From positions 29,068-93,067 of IMG/VR virus record IMGVR_UViG_3300010935_000101: a stretch of DNA of 64,000 bases; one strand, given 5' to 3'. Shown piece by piece: positions 19,501-29,352 of this stretch. The DNA comes from a virus. The stretch's first letter is position 1. Each line of letters starts with the position of its first letter. A program made the position numbers and the translations under genes. The notes under the pieces were generated by a model. That model saw only the letters and a list, made by a program, of their open reading frames with translations, made no database searches and was not told the origin of the DNA.

Positions 19501-20388
19501 TGCTACTTCTTCGACTGTTGGGTTTTCAATTCCTTCCAAGAACAATTTATATGTAGCCCCACTATCTACTGCGCTATCTCGCAAATCTTCCATCAACTTT
19601 TTGAGTTTTCTATTTTTACTGAATACATGTGCTGACATCAAGTGGTTTATTTCATGTAGAAATATCTCACTAACTCTGCTCAATCTACTCATTTTATTCC
19701 ATCTAATATGCATTTCTTTTGTTCGTAAGTCCATTTGTCCAGCAGTTTGATCTTTTGCACTCTCAAACATTCGCAATTTTACGTTACCAGTTCCCAGGTT
19801 TTGCATAGTTTCTGTGTATGTGTCTATTATTGTATTTTGTAGGTCAGCAAATTCTATGTTTGTTATCGTGTTGCCTTCCTGCACATCTAATCCGTAGTAG
19901 TTATTGAACTCATCTCTCAACACTTCACCCAGACTTAGTTCTTCCTGTCCAAGGAACACGTCACTTTCTGTACTACCAATTCCAATGTCTGCTTCACTAC
20001 CACGTATATTAACAGCTGCCATTGACGGCATTAACACTGACTGTTTTAATTCTGTTTCTTGACTTCTTATTTCACCTTTGGTAAATGTGTAGTTTTTGCC
20101 ATCCATTAAGTGAATCACATGTGAACCGCCAATGTCTTTAACTAGCACCAATGGCTGATTTAGTTGCCCTGTTCCACCTAAGTTTATCCTAGCTACATTG
20201 TCTGTTTGTTCTACTAACTGTCTATACAACACTTTCTCAGTATCAGTCATTATGTTGTTCTTTAATCCCAACCAATATTCATTTATTGCTTTTTGCAATC
20301 GAACTGAATCCACTTTAAGATTCAATTCTTTTAATTTTTTATCAATTGCTTTGTAACCTGCTATTTGGTCTTGTGCTGAACAACCCAT
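16519..20388 (-). CDS. Large virion/ejection protein, equivalent to the C-terminal part of N4-type virion RNAP
   Basis: HEINH zincin motif + EEFYAY; C-terminal LVNY..RWWKYAE.VG.FF.KY recalls N4 vRNAP ends (from memory); 2 nt downstream of vRNAP. Confidence 0.7.
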   Translation of the reverse strand: MGCSAQDQIAGYKAIDKKLKELNLKVDSVRLQKAINEYWLGLKNNIMTDTEKVLYRQLVEQTDNVARINLGGTGQLNQPLVLVKDIGGSHVIHLMDGKNYTFTKGEIRSQETELKQSVLMPSMAAVNIRGSEADIGIGSTESDVFLGQEELSLGEVLRDEFNNYYGLDVQEGNTITNIEFADLQNTIIDTYTETMQNLGTGNVKLRMFESAKDQTAGQMDLRTKEMHIRWNKMSRLSRVSEIFLHEINHLMSAHVFSKNRKLKKLMEDLRDSAVDSGATYKLFLEGIENPTVEEVAIAKMKFEYTFDKTADPEEFYAYATTNEQVYNAIKDVKITTPLIRQLKMDPNKREPFKKVLNILIKIVNDQWRTLTGRGDTGGQMIADMVKTIAKLDAEALEAKYKKENAPEGMSDYAKVKINALDEALKPAIDKAEEWSQKLSAKHSAKWLANHIKKIPILNDLVETGISQYLWRMVTQDTTSVDAADMYMVFRQAKQVVEKHTGKIRDGVKQVADELYKDVDESTKKAVTRVVLEGDLAQFGVDELKAYINDGDKVKAKVKELIKQVTSAEVKYTAEERNEKHAPKAAEQNRILMEQIDGLADYLVTGKTTVHNQQINAHNIAARLHVQSKKHKSPDKELVKMIDQLVSLKVLQKSDKTQLEAVAKLDRDVLDKTIHLYRSYMDNMIADATIGANNPVSKGYTRPKDGLVKYELIPEEEVKAQQSIKMHLVEIEPYAIVEGKKYFLMTGMVKSVGFNEGAIGLISHTAEGIPVSSLVRKNNELKGKVGLIDGELRRKTKNVINAINNNDADTIKKFSLGVGQTLIPVYDHKNEIVDYRIQLNKLEKELHLPDRKTELADVMSNTFSRSIKTTLTATENKRVVDTIIEHSAKGISERPEDYVLVEEYTDEDKKNGVKREKRHDKWEYLPDHTKDYIFKRIGAKGIMIHKDYVELMTGEKDVTIGNFVKFGLDIRKYPVARARLMALESYLSEVLRYVKNAMVVLNFDVLAGNQTSNAIVAMTHGIDPIKYTKKFKQRWDDLDDYNKKSQQLAVLEVKRMAGEEVENRIKQLKRQLEGNVWDELVKDGQYTALVEDINIEGQGEGQLLTMVNTYIEKKNWKGAIDNIRNVAYINKTSALYGTLLKTVHYGDAITRQIIKEELEEKAIKKDGKITSKTEKEILNYLDQLLVNYGYTMNRWWKYAERVGGLFFMKYYLSQAKALTSMVKRNPTKSLLMQGTQQLTGIDFQDPFDTYLRTGVDGVSYRWMMDNAPGEILQPNILDLIPDISSIVRFN

Positions 20389-20390
20389 AT

Positions 20391-23300
20391 TTAGTCCTTA
20401 CATTCTATTTTTTTATTCACATTCTTATTAAATACTTCACTTGGAGCTATTATAACTTCTTCTTGCTTAGCAGTTTCTTTTGATTTATTAATTACTGCTT
20501 CTAACTGTTTTCTCCAATCTTTATCCATCATATTAATTGTTGGTATTCCCTTTACTCTGGCCATTTCAACTGCTTGTCCAGTTCCACCTTTTGGTCTCAT
20601 TGGATTTTTAGTCTCTTCTGAGTTGAATAGCACAAAGTCAACTGGAGTGTCCAGATTTTTACCAAACACTTGATTAGTATTTCTAGCCATCAACTTTAAT
20701 CCGCCTTCTCTCAAGTACTGTGGAGCGGGATGTAATTCTTTAGCAATTGCTTTTGTTTTCTCAGTAGCCATTTCTGGACCGAACAACTCTTTATTTGTTG
20801 TGCCATCACTGAATGCTTTATCTGCACCCTCTTCTTTGTTACCGAATGTTTTACCAGTTTGTAGTTTGTAACCTTTTTTCGCTAACCAAGCAGCAACTTT
20901 AGTCATCAGTATTAGTGTTTCTTTTGATGTTTGTCTACTACCAATCCCAGCATATGTCATTGTGTTTTGACCTTTTTGGTAACTTGGCAAACTATCGAAT
21001 ATTGGTCTATTTGAACTTTCTACAGCAGTCTCTTTTGTATCATTTGATATACTTTTTATGTCACTCTTAACCCACACCCCATTTACCAATTCTCTACCAA
21101 ACTTTGTTAAGTCTATTTTTGTGACTATCTTAGCATCAGAGTTTGCTAATTTGTTTGTTATGTTGTTGTAGTGCCAGCTTTGGCTATCCTTCTTTTTTGA
21201 CTCTGAATATTCACCAATTATCTCAACTGTATCATTCGCACTTAGTAAATCCCATAACTTATTATCAACTTTCAGTTTACCGTCTGATTTTTCACTAATC
21301 TGCGCAATGTTTGCTTTGGACTCAACTTGTGTTTTCTTATTTGCTATATCACTCAAGTTGAACACATAATCAGTATTTGCATTTAATTTTATTCCCTTAT
21401 TAGCAAACTCTTTTTTCGTTACTTTTCTGTCTGCTGCTAACTTATTCTGTAGCAATCTCTTAATTGTTTCAATTGCTGGGAATTCTTTAGCTCTAGTTTC
21501 ACTAGCATCTATTTTAGCTATTCCTGAACCCATCTGGAATAAGTGTCCTGAGTAGTAGCCCTTAGCACTATTTGCTAATCTCTCTTTATTCACTTCTTCT
21601 GCTGTTTCCAGGCTATCTAACATCTTACCAATTCCTAACCCAATTCTGTTTGTTTCGTTAGTGTAGTCCTCTCTTAACTCACCTTCTGGGCGTAATCCTA
21701 TGTTAGCAAACATTCTTTTCTTTTGTTTTTCATCCATTGTTGCAAGCATATTTTCTAGCATTCCTAGTTGGTCAGCAACTATTGATCTATTGAATCCTGT
21801 CTCAATCATGTTTGTATTGTAACTATCTGCTGTATCTGTTAGCATTGCTTTGTCTAAGCTCAGCACTACTGCATCGTATACGTTTCCTCCAGCATATTTG
21901 CCACCTAACTCTCTATTTAGCACATCTAGCATCATTCTGCCATCAATTGCGTGTATTGATATCGTTGGTGCTGCACCAGTATTTACTGCTGGCTTAAACT
22001 GCTTGATTTGACCACCAACTGATGTATTCCCAACTGTAACCTTAGTTGAGTGAATTCCGCCTTTGTCACCAGTCTTGTTCAGTGATTGATTAACTCTTCC
22101 TTCAGTTTCATCCCATACTATATTGTGCCCATGTCCTTCTGCAGTTAATTTAGCATTTATGCTCTGCATATCTTCTTTACTTAATCTGTATGTCTCACCT
22201 TTGTGTCTACCTTTACCGTACTTAGCATCTAGGAACTTATTTACCTCATCTGCCAGTCTTATTTGATATGCTTCGAACACCAACATTTCTATTGCTTTAG
22301 CGGCATCTCTATTTTTATTAACGAATCCTAATCTGCTATCGAATGCAGTTTCTATTGCTGTACCGAAAGTTTCCTTAATTACTGAGTCTATTGTGTCGAT
22401 TGCTGGCTGTATGTCTAGTGCAAGCAGTTGTTCCCATCTCTCAGAAGGCGTTTCAACTTTAGCACCGAACTCATTCACGTACTTCTCTTTTGGAATGAAT
22501 GTTTTTACGAACTCTAACTCTTTATCAGCATTTTCACCAGCTTTTAATTTCTTACTAGCTGTCTTTATTGCTTTTACTAATGTATTAACACCTAGTGAAT
22601 ATGTCAATTTCTTTTTAATTGAACTGATACTAGCACCGTATATGTACACCATAACTGGACTTTTTGCTATTGAACGAATGTTCTTCAAGTTTAACTCACC
22701 AATTTGATTTAGCATTGCTAGTTGTTGTATTTCTAACTCACTTGGTTTATCCAATCCCTCTAACTTAGTTTTGTACGCTTGTACTTCACCAATCATTGCC
22801 ACACCAATTGTTGAGTACAGATCTTTGAACGTATCATCTGATTCTAATTCTTTCCTTAATTCTGCAAGTTTTTCGCCTGATAAACCTTTCATTTTCTCTT
22901 CAATTTCAGCAGCATGCTTCTTACCAGCTTCAATTAGTGCTCCTGGTGTGAACTCAACTGTATCCCCCAACCATTTCTTAACATATGCCTCTAACTGTGG
23001 CTTTCTAGCCTCTGTGTATATACCACCTTTTTCTGCCAATCTTAGTGCTAAGTCACTACCAATCTGTAGTAGTGTAAGTATCATACCACTTGTTATCGCA
23101 TCTATCTCTAAGTTCGCGTGTGTTTCTATTTTCGTGCCATCTTTTATTGCCTGGTCCCAGTCTACTAGCAACTCTATTGAGCTTATTCCGTGGTGCCCTT
23201 CTGAATCAGCAAACACTTCTGCCATTGCTTCAGCATCTATCTTACCATCTCTCAGTGCTTCGTATGCTTGTTTTATTGCTACTTGAGTTTTATTCGGATC

Positions 23301-26300
23301 CCCATCTTTATCTAGTTGTGGTTCAATCTCAATTCCTTTGTCTGTTACTTTGAATACGTCATTGAAGTTAGCAGTAGCTGTTTCAGCACTTAGCTTGTCT
23401 GGATCCATATCTAACCCTTGCATGATGCTTGCCTCTAGCATTTGTCTGCTATCTGCATCATTTACGTCCACTGACTCTGTACTACCTTCAGCAACTACGA
23501 ATTCTCTATGTAGTTTACTCTCTTGGTATTGTATGTCATTCAGTATTGTGTATCTTCCACTTACTGTTTGGCCCCAATCTAAGTAAAACTCTTTACCTTT
23601 TGTTGCTTTAGCGAATGTCTTTAATATCTCCCATTCCCTAACTAATTTGTCATTTCTAGCCCTTTGTGCATCTATTTCACTTACGTGCAATCCGGCAGTA
23701 TCTACATCTACGTAACCCATTGCTTTTAGTGCTTCTTTTTCATCCATCTCTAACCATCTTTGTAATCTTGGACTAATTTTGTATGCAGTCTTTTCAGTGT
23801 TATTTAGGAATTCTACTGACTTTGCATCCATTGGATTCTTAGTATTCATCACTGTTCTATTAGCATTATCTTTTGGTGCTTTCAAACTTGGTAATGGCCT
23901 ATTTCTATTTTCATTCAGGTATTGTAGTTTATTGATTGCTTTAGTTAATGCACCTCTTTCCACTCCAATATTTTCCCAATTTGTTTTTATTAAGTTTTGG
24001 TTTTTTCCACCAGCTTCTAGTGGTTTACCATCCATTGAACCATTTTCAGTTGCTATCACCTGTACTAGTACACCCAACGTTGACTTGAATGACTCCTCTG
24101 TGAACTCTGGAGTAGTCTCATTTAGTCTGATTCCTAAGGCTTGATATACTTCACCACCAATGTCTTTTCTAATACTTGCTGAATTCACGTATCCTTGAGC
24201 AGCTTCTTGCTTTACTCGGATTTGCTCATCTGGATCTGTAATTCCTAAGTACTGCGCCATTTCTGACTCATCAAAGCTTAGTATCTTACCAATCATTGCT
24301 TGTGAATCTGCAAGCATCTTAGCTGTGAAGAACTTTAGTATATTTTTTGTTTGCTCATCAATCTGCAATTTGCCATCTTTTGTTGTACCAAGTAACTCTA
24401 TTATGTCAACCGGAGCTGACGTTTCTTGTTGCTCTAGCACTCCTGTGAATTCACTAACTTGTTTTATTGACTTAACTGGATTTCTGCCTGATGTTTTAAC
24501 GTGCACTTTGTCACCATCTGCTGATTCCACTATGTATGCTTGTTTATCCGCATCTTGTAGTTTATCACCTTTTACCACTACTTTCTTGATTGGCACATAC
24601 TTATTAATGTGTTTTATTACTAACCCATTATTATCTATGTTTTTACTGAGGGTATTATTACCAACTATTATCGTGCCAATTTTGGTATTGTTTAAGTAAT
24701 CGGCCATTGTCTTGAAGTTCTCTAGCAGCTCAACTTTACTCTCAGCATCTGTTATGAAGAACTCTTTGAATCCTTTTGGAAGCACTTCTAGTAGTCTATC
24801 AGCCTTAGCGAACGGATTTCCAGTTAATTGTCCGAACACACTATCATTTGCTCTCTTAACTAGTCTGTGTATTGGGCTATTTGCTGGGTAGTTAATTAGC
24901 AATCTGCCTATTAATTTAGCACTTAAGCTTGTCTTACCAGCTTCTATTTCTTTTAGTTCATCTCTTAGTTCAGCTATTTTATCATTTTTAACTAATTCTA
25001 GTGCTCGATTCATTGCTGTTCCAGGAGCTTCTAGCTTACCGTCTTTCTTTAATTGTCTTTTAGCTATTACTCTTTCACCATTAACATCAACTACTGGTGT
25101 ACCATACAATTCTTCATCTATTTTAGTAATCGTACCAATTGTTGTCTTAACTGGCTCACTTGTAAACTCAGCTTCAATTGCATTGATAGCATCTAGTATT
25201 GTTTGTAGCTCAGCATTAACTTTACGGTATTGCTTGTTTGTTTTCTTTAGCATTTTATCTAATCTATTGATTTGCTTTATCATTTGCTTCACTAACTTAT
25301 CAATCTGTGCAACCAATCCAGCAAGTATACTTTTTGCTTCTGTGTCGTACTTTCTGTTCATTCTTTTATCTAGGGCTGTCTCAAGTCTGTCAAGCATCTT
25401 ACCAAGTCTTGTTCTATCCTCTTGTAAGTCCCCAAGCTTCTTAGCGTAGTACTCTTTCACATGCTTTTTAACATTCATATCTTTAACACCATCAATTAAT
25501 GCACTTAACTCTTTATTAACAAATTCTATCTTTGCTCTAACTTCACTTAGCGGTCCATTATCTGATTCAACTTGTTCTGGGAGGACACCATCATCTATTG
25601 TTGCTTCGACTGGTTCTTGGATAAGTCTTTCCTCTTCCAGTCGAGTAAGCTCTGCTATGTCTTCTTCACTCATATTTTTGTAGTCTGAGTCGAACCCTTT
25701 TTCATTCATTATCTTTTTAACTTCTTGCTTAGGTTCATCTTCACTTTGACCCATCTTCACTTCTGAAGCTTCTTTCATTCTTTGTTGTTTTGTAGTACTT
25801 TCTAAGCTGCCTTTTGGCTTAGCAACTTTCTTTGGTTGTTTAGCTTTCTCTATTAACTCATTATATCTTTTAGTCTGGCCTGGAGTAAGTTTTAACTCAC
25901 CAGCAGCGTATCTAGTCACGAACTCTTGTTGTTTCTTAGTTAAGTTACTTAGGTCTTGAGTTTCTTTTACCTCTGTCTTAGTAGGCTTCACAGGGACCCC
26001 AACATCAGCAGACTTCTGATTAGCTTTAAGTTTTTCTGAACGTGCAATCTCCGCTTCTCTTTTTTCTTTTTTAATACGTTCTACATCTTTTACATAAGTC
26101 GTATCTTTATACTTTTGATCATTTAACATAGTGGTTTCTCTATTAGTCACTGTAACATATATACTTCTAAGACGTTTTCGCTCTTTACCATTAGCATTTA
26201 TGGCTGCTTCAGTCAGAGCATTTTTATATTCTTCCAATTCTTTTACAGTCATCTTTTTAACGTTTTTAATAACTTTAAATTTAACCTCTGTTTTTTCAGT

Positions 26301-29294
26301 AACTGATGCTACTTTTTCTGAGTTTTTGTACTCATCCATCAGCACTGCTTTGTTATCTACTACATCGCCAATCTTTGTCTTATTTTCGCCTGCAACTAGT
26401 TGGATTGATTCTGAACCATCTGTTTCAACTTGGAATGCAAGTGCACCTTTTATTCCCTTTGGTTTTGTGGTTTCATTTAGTATTTTTTGTCTTCTTTCTA
26501 GTTCTTTATTAGCCTCTAGTGCAGCATTTCCAGCAGTTTCTAGCTCTGCTTCATACGATTTTCTATCAGTTTCACTAATACTTTTTAACCCTTTAGCAGT
26601 CTTCAGTAAGTTCTTAATAGTTACCAACATTGCGCCATTTTCTTTTGCCAGTGTACCGATAAGTACATCAGTCTGGTATGCTACTTTATTTTTGGTTGCT
26701 CGTAACTTTCTTAGTCTACTAGCAGCAAATCCAGTCAATCCTTTTAGCGTTACTGCAGTTGTACCCTTGGCCTCTATCACAGCAGCTGCTTTAGCTTTTG
26801 GGTTCAACATCTTCTTAGTTAATTCATTCTCATATACTGTCAATCCTGGTCTATTTGGGTCTGCATGCAGATTATTACCTGATTCGCTAACTATGAATCC
26901 CAGATCAGCAAACTCACTGTTTACTGCAGTTGAATCTTTGTTTTCTAGGTAATTCTTTATTGTATTTTTTAACTTTGTTATTGATTCTGTTGTATCCCCA
27001 ATATCTTCTGAACCTCTAATAGATTTAACTGCAGCTTCAGTAGCATCAATTGTGTCCTGTATTTCTTTTATTTGAGATACTATTGTTTCTTGAATACCTG
27101 TTTTTTCATTAACTGCTTCACCCAAGTCTTTTAGCTTCTCAGATGACACGTCTGTATTCTGGTTTATTGCTTCAACTAGTTTTCTAGAGCTCTCATACAC
27201 AGTCTCATCAACCATATCTTTAAGGTTGAAATCTACTTTTTCATCTTTATCTAGTTTTGCTATTGTTTTGTACACATTATCAATTGCTGTTGCATCGCCA
27301 GATTTAGTTGCTTTATCTAGTGCTTCTTTAATTATCACACCATATGTTGTCTTCTTACTAGCACTTGCATCCAAGTTGTCAACCATTTTACCGTGTATAG
27401 CTTCAACCTGTGACACAACATTCTCAGTATCACCTGCTATTATTGTATCAATTGTTTTAACTTTTAGTGGTGTTACATATTCTCTATCTTCTCTCAGTCT
27501 TTTTTGTACTGGGGTTTCTGTTGCTCTCTCAACAGCTGTCTTACCAGCATTGAATACTTTTGGGGCTGCGTTTATAACCACCCCTGGAGTTGAACCAGCA
27601 ACTGATTGGCCTATACCTATTAACAGTCCTTGATAACCAGCGTGGCGTATAGCTTTTTGAGATGCCTCATCCAATAGACCCCATACTTTTTTACCATCAT
27701 ATTTAGTAGTGCCAACCCTCTCAATTAACATTCCAAGAACCTCTTGAAAAGATTCAGTACTGAATTCTTCAGTACCTGCAGCAGCAAGTTTAGTAGAACT
27801 TTTAACTATTGCTCCAATGGTCTTAGCAACGATACTCTCTCCGGCCTTTATTGGAAGGGCTTTAAACATGATATCAATGACCTTCTTATTAACTCCACCC
27901 AAACCTTTACCAACACCAAAAGACAGTTTAGCTGCAACAAAATCTGCACCTAATTCTACTGCTGTACCACCAGCTACTGCTAAGGTAGTTTTTAAATCAG
28001 CCGCTTCCCCTGTCACTTTTAATCTTTCATCCAGATGTTGATTAGTAGCACCTGCTAACATTGCCATAGGCTGTTTACCTAATGCGTACATGTACGATAA
28101 TGAATCTGCTATAGCTTGAGGTATAGCTTCTTTGTGGTTATATACTTCCTTGAGTGTGTTAGCTACTTTTGTATAGATTGGTTCATTACTACCCCATATT
28201 CCGTCCATGCTATTATTAAAGTCCTCTGTAATTTTTTGGTATTTAACATCATTAGCTCCGATCAGTGTATTGAATGCTTGTTTTGATGTCTTACCATCTT
28301 TTTCATAACCCCAGTAGTGTCTGACTTGTCCATCACTATCTACTTGGAATCCTAATTTACTTAAATTTGGTAAATCTTCTTTGGTTATATCTCCACCAAA
28401 AGCTCTTGCAGTTTTTTGTGCTAAATTAGCTCCAGCATCAAAGAAACCATCTGCTACATCAGCAGCAGTAGCTCCTATTGTTGCAGCAACACTCTTAGCA
28501 GCATTTTCCCAGTATGGAGCATTAGCTTCTTGTTCTTGTATGTATTTAGCCAATGCTTCTTTAGTTGGTGTATTATTATCACTTCTGGAATTTTTTACTT
28601 TACCTGCAAAGGCATTTTGCAATGGATCTATTGTTGCTTGTACTGTTACTTCTTCACCATACAAGTTTCCTAATGCTGCTCCACCTCTTGAACCGATGTC
28701 TCCAAGCTTTTGACTAATTATTGGCACGTTTAAGGGTACTTGCTGTGTATTGCCAAATTCATCTTTGTACTTCCCAGTTAGATTAGTTTGTTCCACACCT
28801 CGAATTAGTGGAGCAACCCATCTATCTTCTCCAGGAGTTCTTGCTAAGTCAGCAAGTTTTTGTATTTGTTGTTGATTAGCTACATCTAACATATCTTGTT
28901 CTGTGACTGTGTCTACAGGCTTATTAAGTATCATTCCAACTTGATTTCGTTGCATTTGCATGGAATACGTTGATTTACCAATCTCTCCAGCAGCTCTACG
29001 CTCTTTACTAATTCCTTGCATGTCATAAGGATTAGTGCCATGCTGTGTTTCAACAGCATCATACCTATTTCCATATGGATCTACTTCTCTAGAGTAGCCT
29101 AGGTTTTTAGTAATTGCTGTATCAGCATCGTATAGACCTTGTAGTGTATCTTTAGAGTATTTGGAAGTGTCTCCTAGTTTAGCAACTTTTTCTGCTGTTC
29201 TTTGATTTAGTTTATCTATTTTCTCTTGGAGGGTATCTTTTTGAGCTGTTGGACTGTATCCTGCAATCAGTGTTGCGAATTCTTCATTAGTCAT
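20391..29294 (-). CDS. Virion-encapsidated RNA polymerase (N4 gp50-like), 2967 aa, with C-terminal SLOG domain
   Basis: TVSGR (T/DxxGR), EIDAITSG (motif A), RSIAKSPVMVYIYG (motif B), NVYDAV (motif C). Confidence 0.92.
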   Translation of the reverse strand: MTNEEFATLIAGYSPTAQKDTLQEKIDKLNQRTAEKVAKLGDTSKYSKDTLQGLYDADTAITKNLGYSREVDPYGNRYDAVETQHGTNPYDMQGISKERRAAGEIGKSTYSMQMQRNQVGMILNKPVDTVTEQDMLDVANQQQIQKLADLARTPGEDRWVAPLIRGVEQTNLTGKYKDEFGNTQQVPLNVPIISQKLGDIGSRGGAALGNLYGEEVTVQATIDPLQNAFAGKVKNSRSDNNTPTKEALAKYIQEQEANAPYWENAAKSVAATIGATAADVADGFFDAGANLAQKTARAFGGDITKEDLPNLSKLGFQVDSDGQVRHYWGYEKDGKTSKQAFNTLIGANDVKYQKITEDFNNSMDGIWGSNEPIYTKVANTLKEVYNHKEAIPQAIADSLSYMYALGKQPMAMLAGATNQHLDERLKVTGEAADLKTTLAVAGGTAVELGADFVAAKLSFGVGKGLGGVNKKVIDIMFKALPIKAGESIVAKTIGAIVKSSTKLAAAGTEEFSTESFQEVLGMLIERVGTTKYDGKKVWGLLDEASQKAIRHAGYQGLLIGIGQSVAGSTPGVVINAAPKVFNAGKTAVERATETPVQKRLREDREYVTPLKVKTIDTIIAGDTENVVSQVEAIHGKMVDNLDASASKKTTYGVIIKEALDKATKSGDATAIDNVYKTIAKLDKDEKVDFNLKDMVDETVYESSRKLVEAINQNTDVSSEKLKDLGEAVNEKTGIQETIVSQIKEIQDTIDATEAAVKSIRGSEDIGDTTESITKLKNTIKNYLENKDSTAVNSEFADLGFIVSESGNNLHADPNRPGLTVYENELTKKMLNPKAKAAAVIEAKGTTAVTLKGLTGFAASRLRKLRATKNKVAYQTDVLIGTLAKENGAMLVTIKNLLKTAKGLKSISETDRKSYEAELETAGNAALEANKELERRQKILNETTKPKGIKGALAFQVETDGSESIQLVAGENKTKIGDVVDNKAVLMDEYKNSEKVASVTEKTEVKFKVIKNVKKMTVKELEEYKNALTEAAINANGKERKRLRSIYVTVTNRETTMLNDQKYKDTTYVKDVERIKKEKREAEIARSEKLKANQKSADVGVPVKPTKTEVKETQDLSNLTKKQQEFVTRYAAGELKLTPGQTKRYNELIEKAKQPKKVAKPKGSLESTTKQQRMKEASEVKMGQSEDEPKQEVKKIMNEKGFDSDYKNMSEEDIAELTRLEEERLIQEPVEATIDDGVLPEQVESDNGPLSEVRAKIEFVNKELSALIDGVKDMNVKKHVKEYYAKKLGDLQEDRTRLGKMLDRLETALDKRMNRKYDTEAKSILAGLVAQIDKLVKQMIKQINRLDKMLKKTNKQYRKVNAELQTILDAINAIEAEFTSEPVKTTIGTITKIDEELYGTPVVDVNGERVIAKRQLKKDGKLEAPGTAMNRALELVKNDKIAELRDELKEIEAGKTSLSAKLIGRLLINYPANSPIHRLVKRANDSVFGQLTGNPFAKADRLLEVLPKGFKEFFITDAESKVELLENFKTMADYLNNTKIGTIIVGNNTLSKNIDNNGLVIKHINKYVPIKKVVVKGDKLQDADKQAYIVESADGDKVHVKTSGRNPVKSIKQVSEFTGVLEQQETSAPVDIIELLGTTKDGKLQIDEQTKNILKFFTAKMLADSQAMIGKILSFDESEMAQYLGITDPDEQIRVKQEAAQGYVNSASIRKDIGGEVYQALGIRLNETTPEFTEESFKSTLGVLVQVIATENGSMDGKPLEAGGKNQNLIKTNWENIGVERGALTKAINKLQYLNENRNRPLPSLKAPKDNANRTVMNTKNPMDAKSVEFLNNTEKTAYKISPRLQRWLEMDEKEALKAMGYVDVDTAGLHVSEIDAQRARNDKLVREWEILKTFAKATKGKEFYLDWGQTVSGRYTILNDIQYQESKLHREFVVAEGSTESVDVNDADSRQMLEASIMQGLDMDPDKLSAETATANFNDVFKVTDKGIEIEPQLDKDGDPNKTQVAIKQAYEALRDGKIDAEAMAEVFADSEGHHGISSIELLVDWDQAIKDGTKIETHANLEIDAITSGMILTLLQIGSDLALRLAEKGGIYTEARKPQLEAYVKKWLGDTVEFTPGALIEAGKKHAAEIEEKMKGLSGEKLAELRKELESDDTFKDLYSTIGVAMIGEVQAYKTKLEGLDKPSELEIQQLAMLNQIGELNLKNIRSIAKSPVMVYIYGASISSIKKKLTYSLGVNTLVKAIKTASKKLKAGENADKELEFVKTFIPKEKYVNEFGAKVETPSERWEQLLALDIQPAIDTIDSVIKETFGTAIETAFDSRLGFVNKNRDAAKAIEMLVFEAYQIRLADEVNKFLDAKYGKGRHKGETYRLSKEDMQSINAKLTAEGHGHNIVWDETEGRVNQSLNKTGDKGGIHSTKVTVGNTSVGGQIKQFKPAVNTGAAPTISIHAIDGRMMLDVLNRELGGKYAGGNVYDAVVLSLDKAMLTDTADSYNTNMIETGFNRSIVADQLGMLENMLATMDEKQKKRMFANIGLRPEGELREDYTNETNRIGLGIGKMLDSLETAEEVNKERLANSAKGYYSGHLFQMGSGIAKIDASETRAKEFPAIETIKRLLQNKLAADRKVTKKEFANKGIKLNANTDYVFNLSDIANKKTQVESKANIAQISEKSDGKLKVDNKLWDLLSANDTVEIIGEYSESKKKDSQSWHYNNITNKLANSDAKIVTKIDLTKFGRELVNGVWVKSDIKSISNDTKETAVESSNRPIFDSLPSYQKGQNTMTYAGIGSRQTSKETLILMTKVAAWLAKKGYKLQTGKTFGNKEEGADKAFSDGTTNKELFGPEMATEKTKAIAKELHPAPQYLREGGLKLMARNTNQVFGKNLDTPVDFVLFNSEETKNPMRPKGGTGQAVEMARVKGIPTINMMDKDWRKQLEAVINKSKETAKQEEVIIAPSEVFNKNVNKKIECKD

Positions 29295-29297
29295 TTA

Positions 29298-29344
29298 TAA
29301 GCCTTCTTTTGGTATTTTTCTTTATTTTACCGCAAGAAGGCTTA
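29298..29344 (-). promoter_or_regulatory. 11-bp inverted repeat covering the vRNAP ribosome-binding site
   Basis: TAAGCCTTCTT (29298-29308) / AAGAAGGCTTA (29334-29344). Confidence 0.55.
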
Positions 29345-29352
29345 ATTATAAG

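Noticed and set aside
20380-20420. Programmed frameshift at the A7 run fusing vRNAP to the 1289-aa gene
   Set aside because: The +1 frame hits TAG at once, and the -1 frame (the downstream gene's frame) hits TAA before its ATG. The downstream gene also has its own AAGGA RBS.
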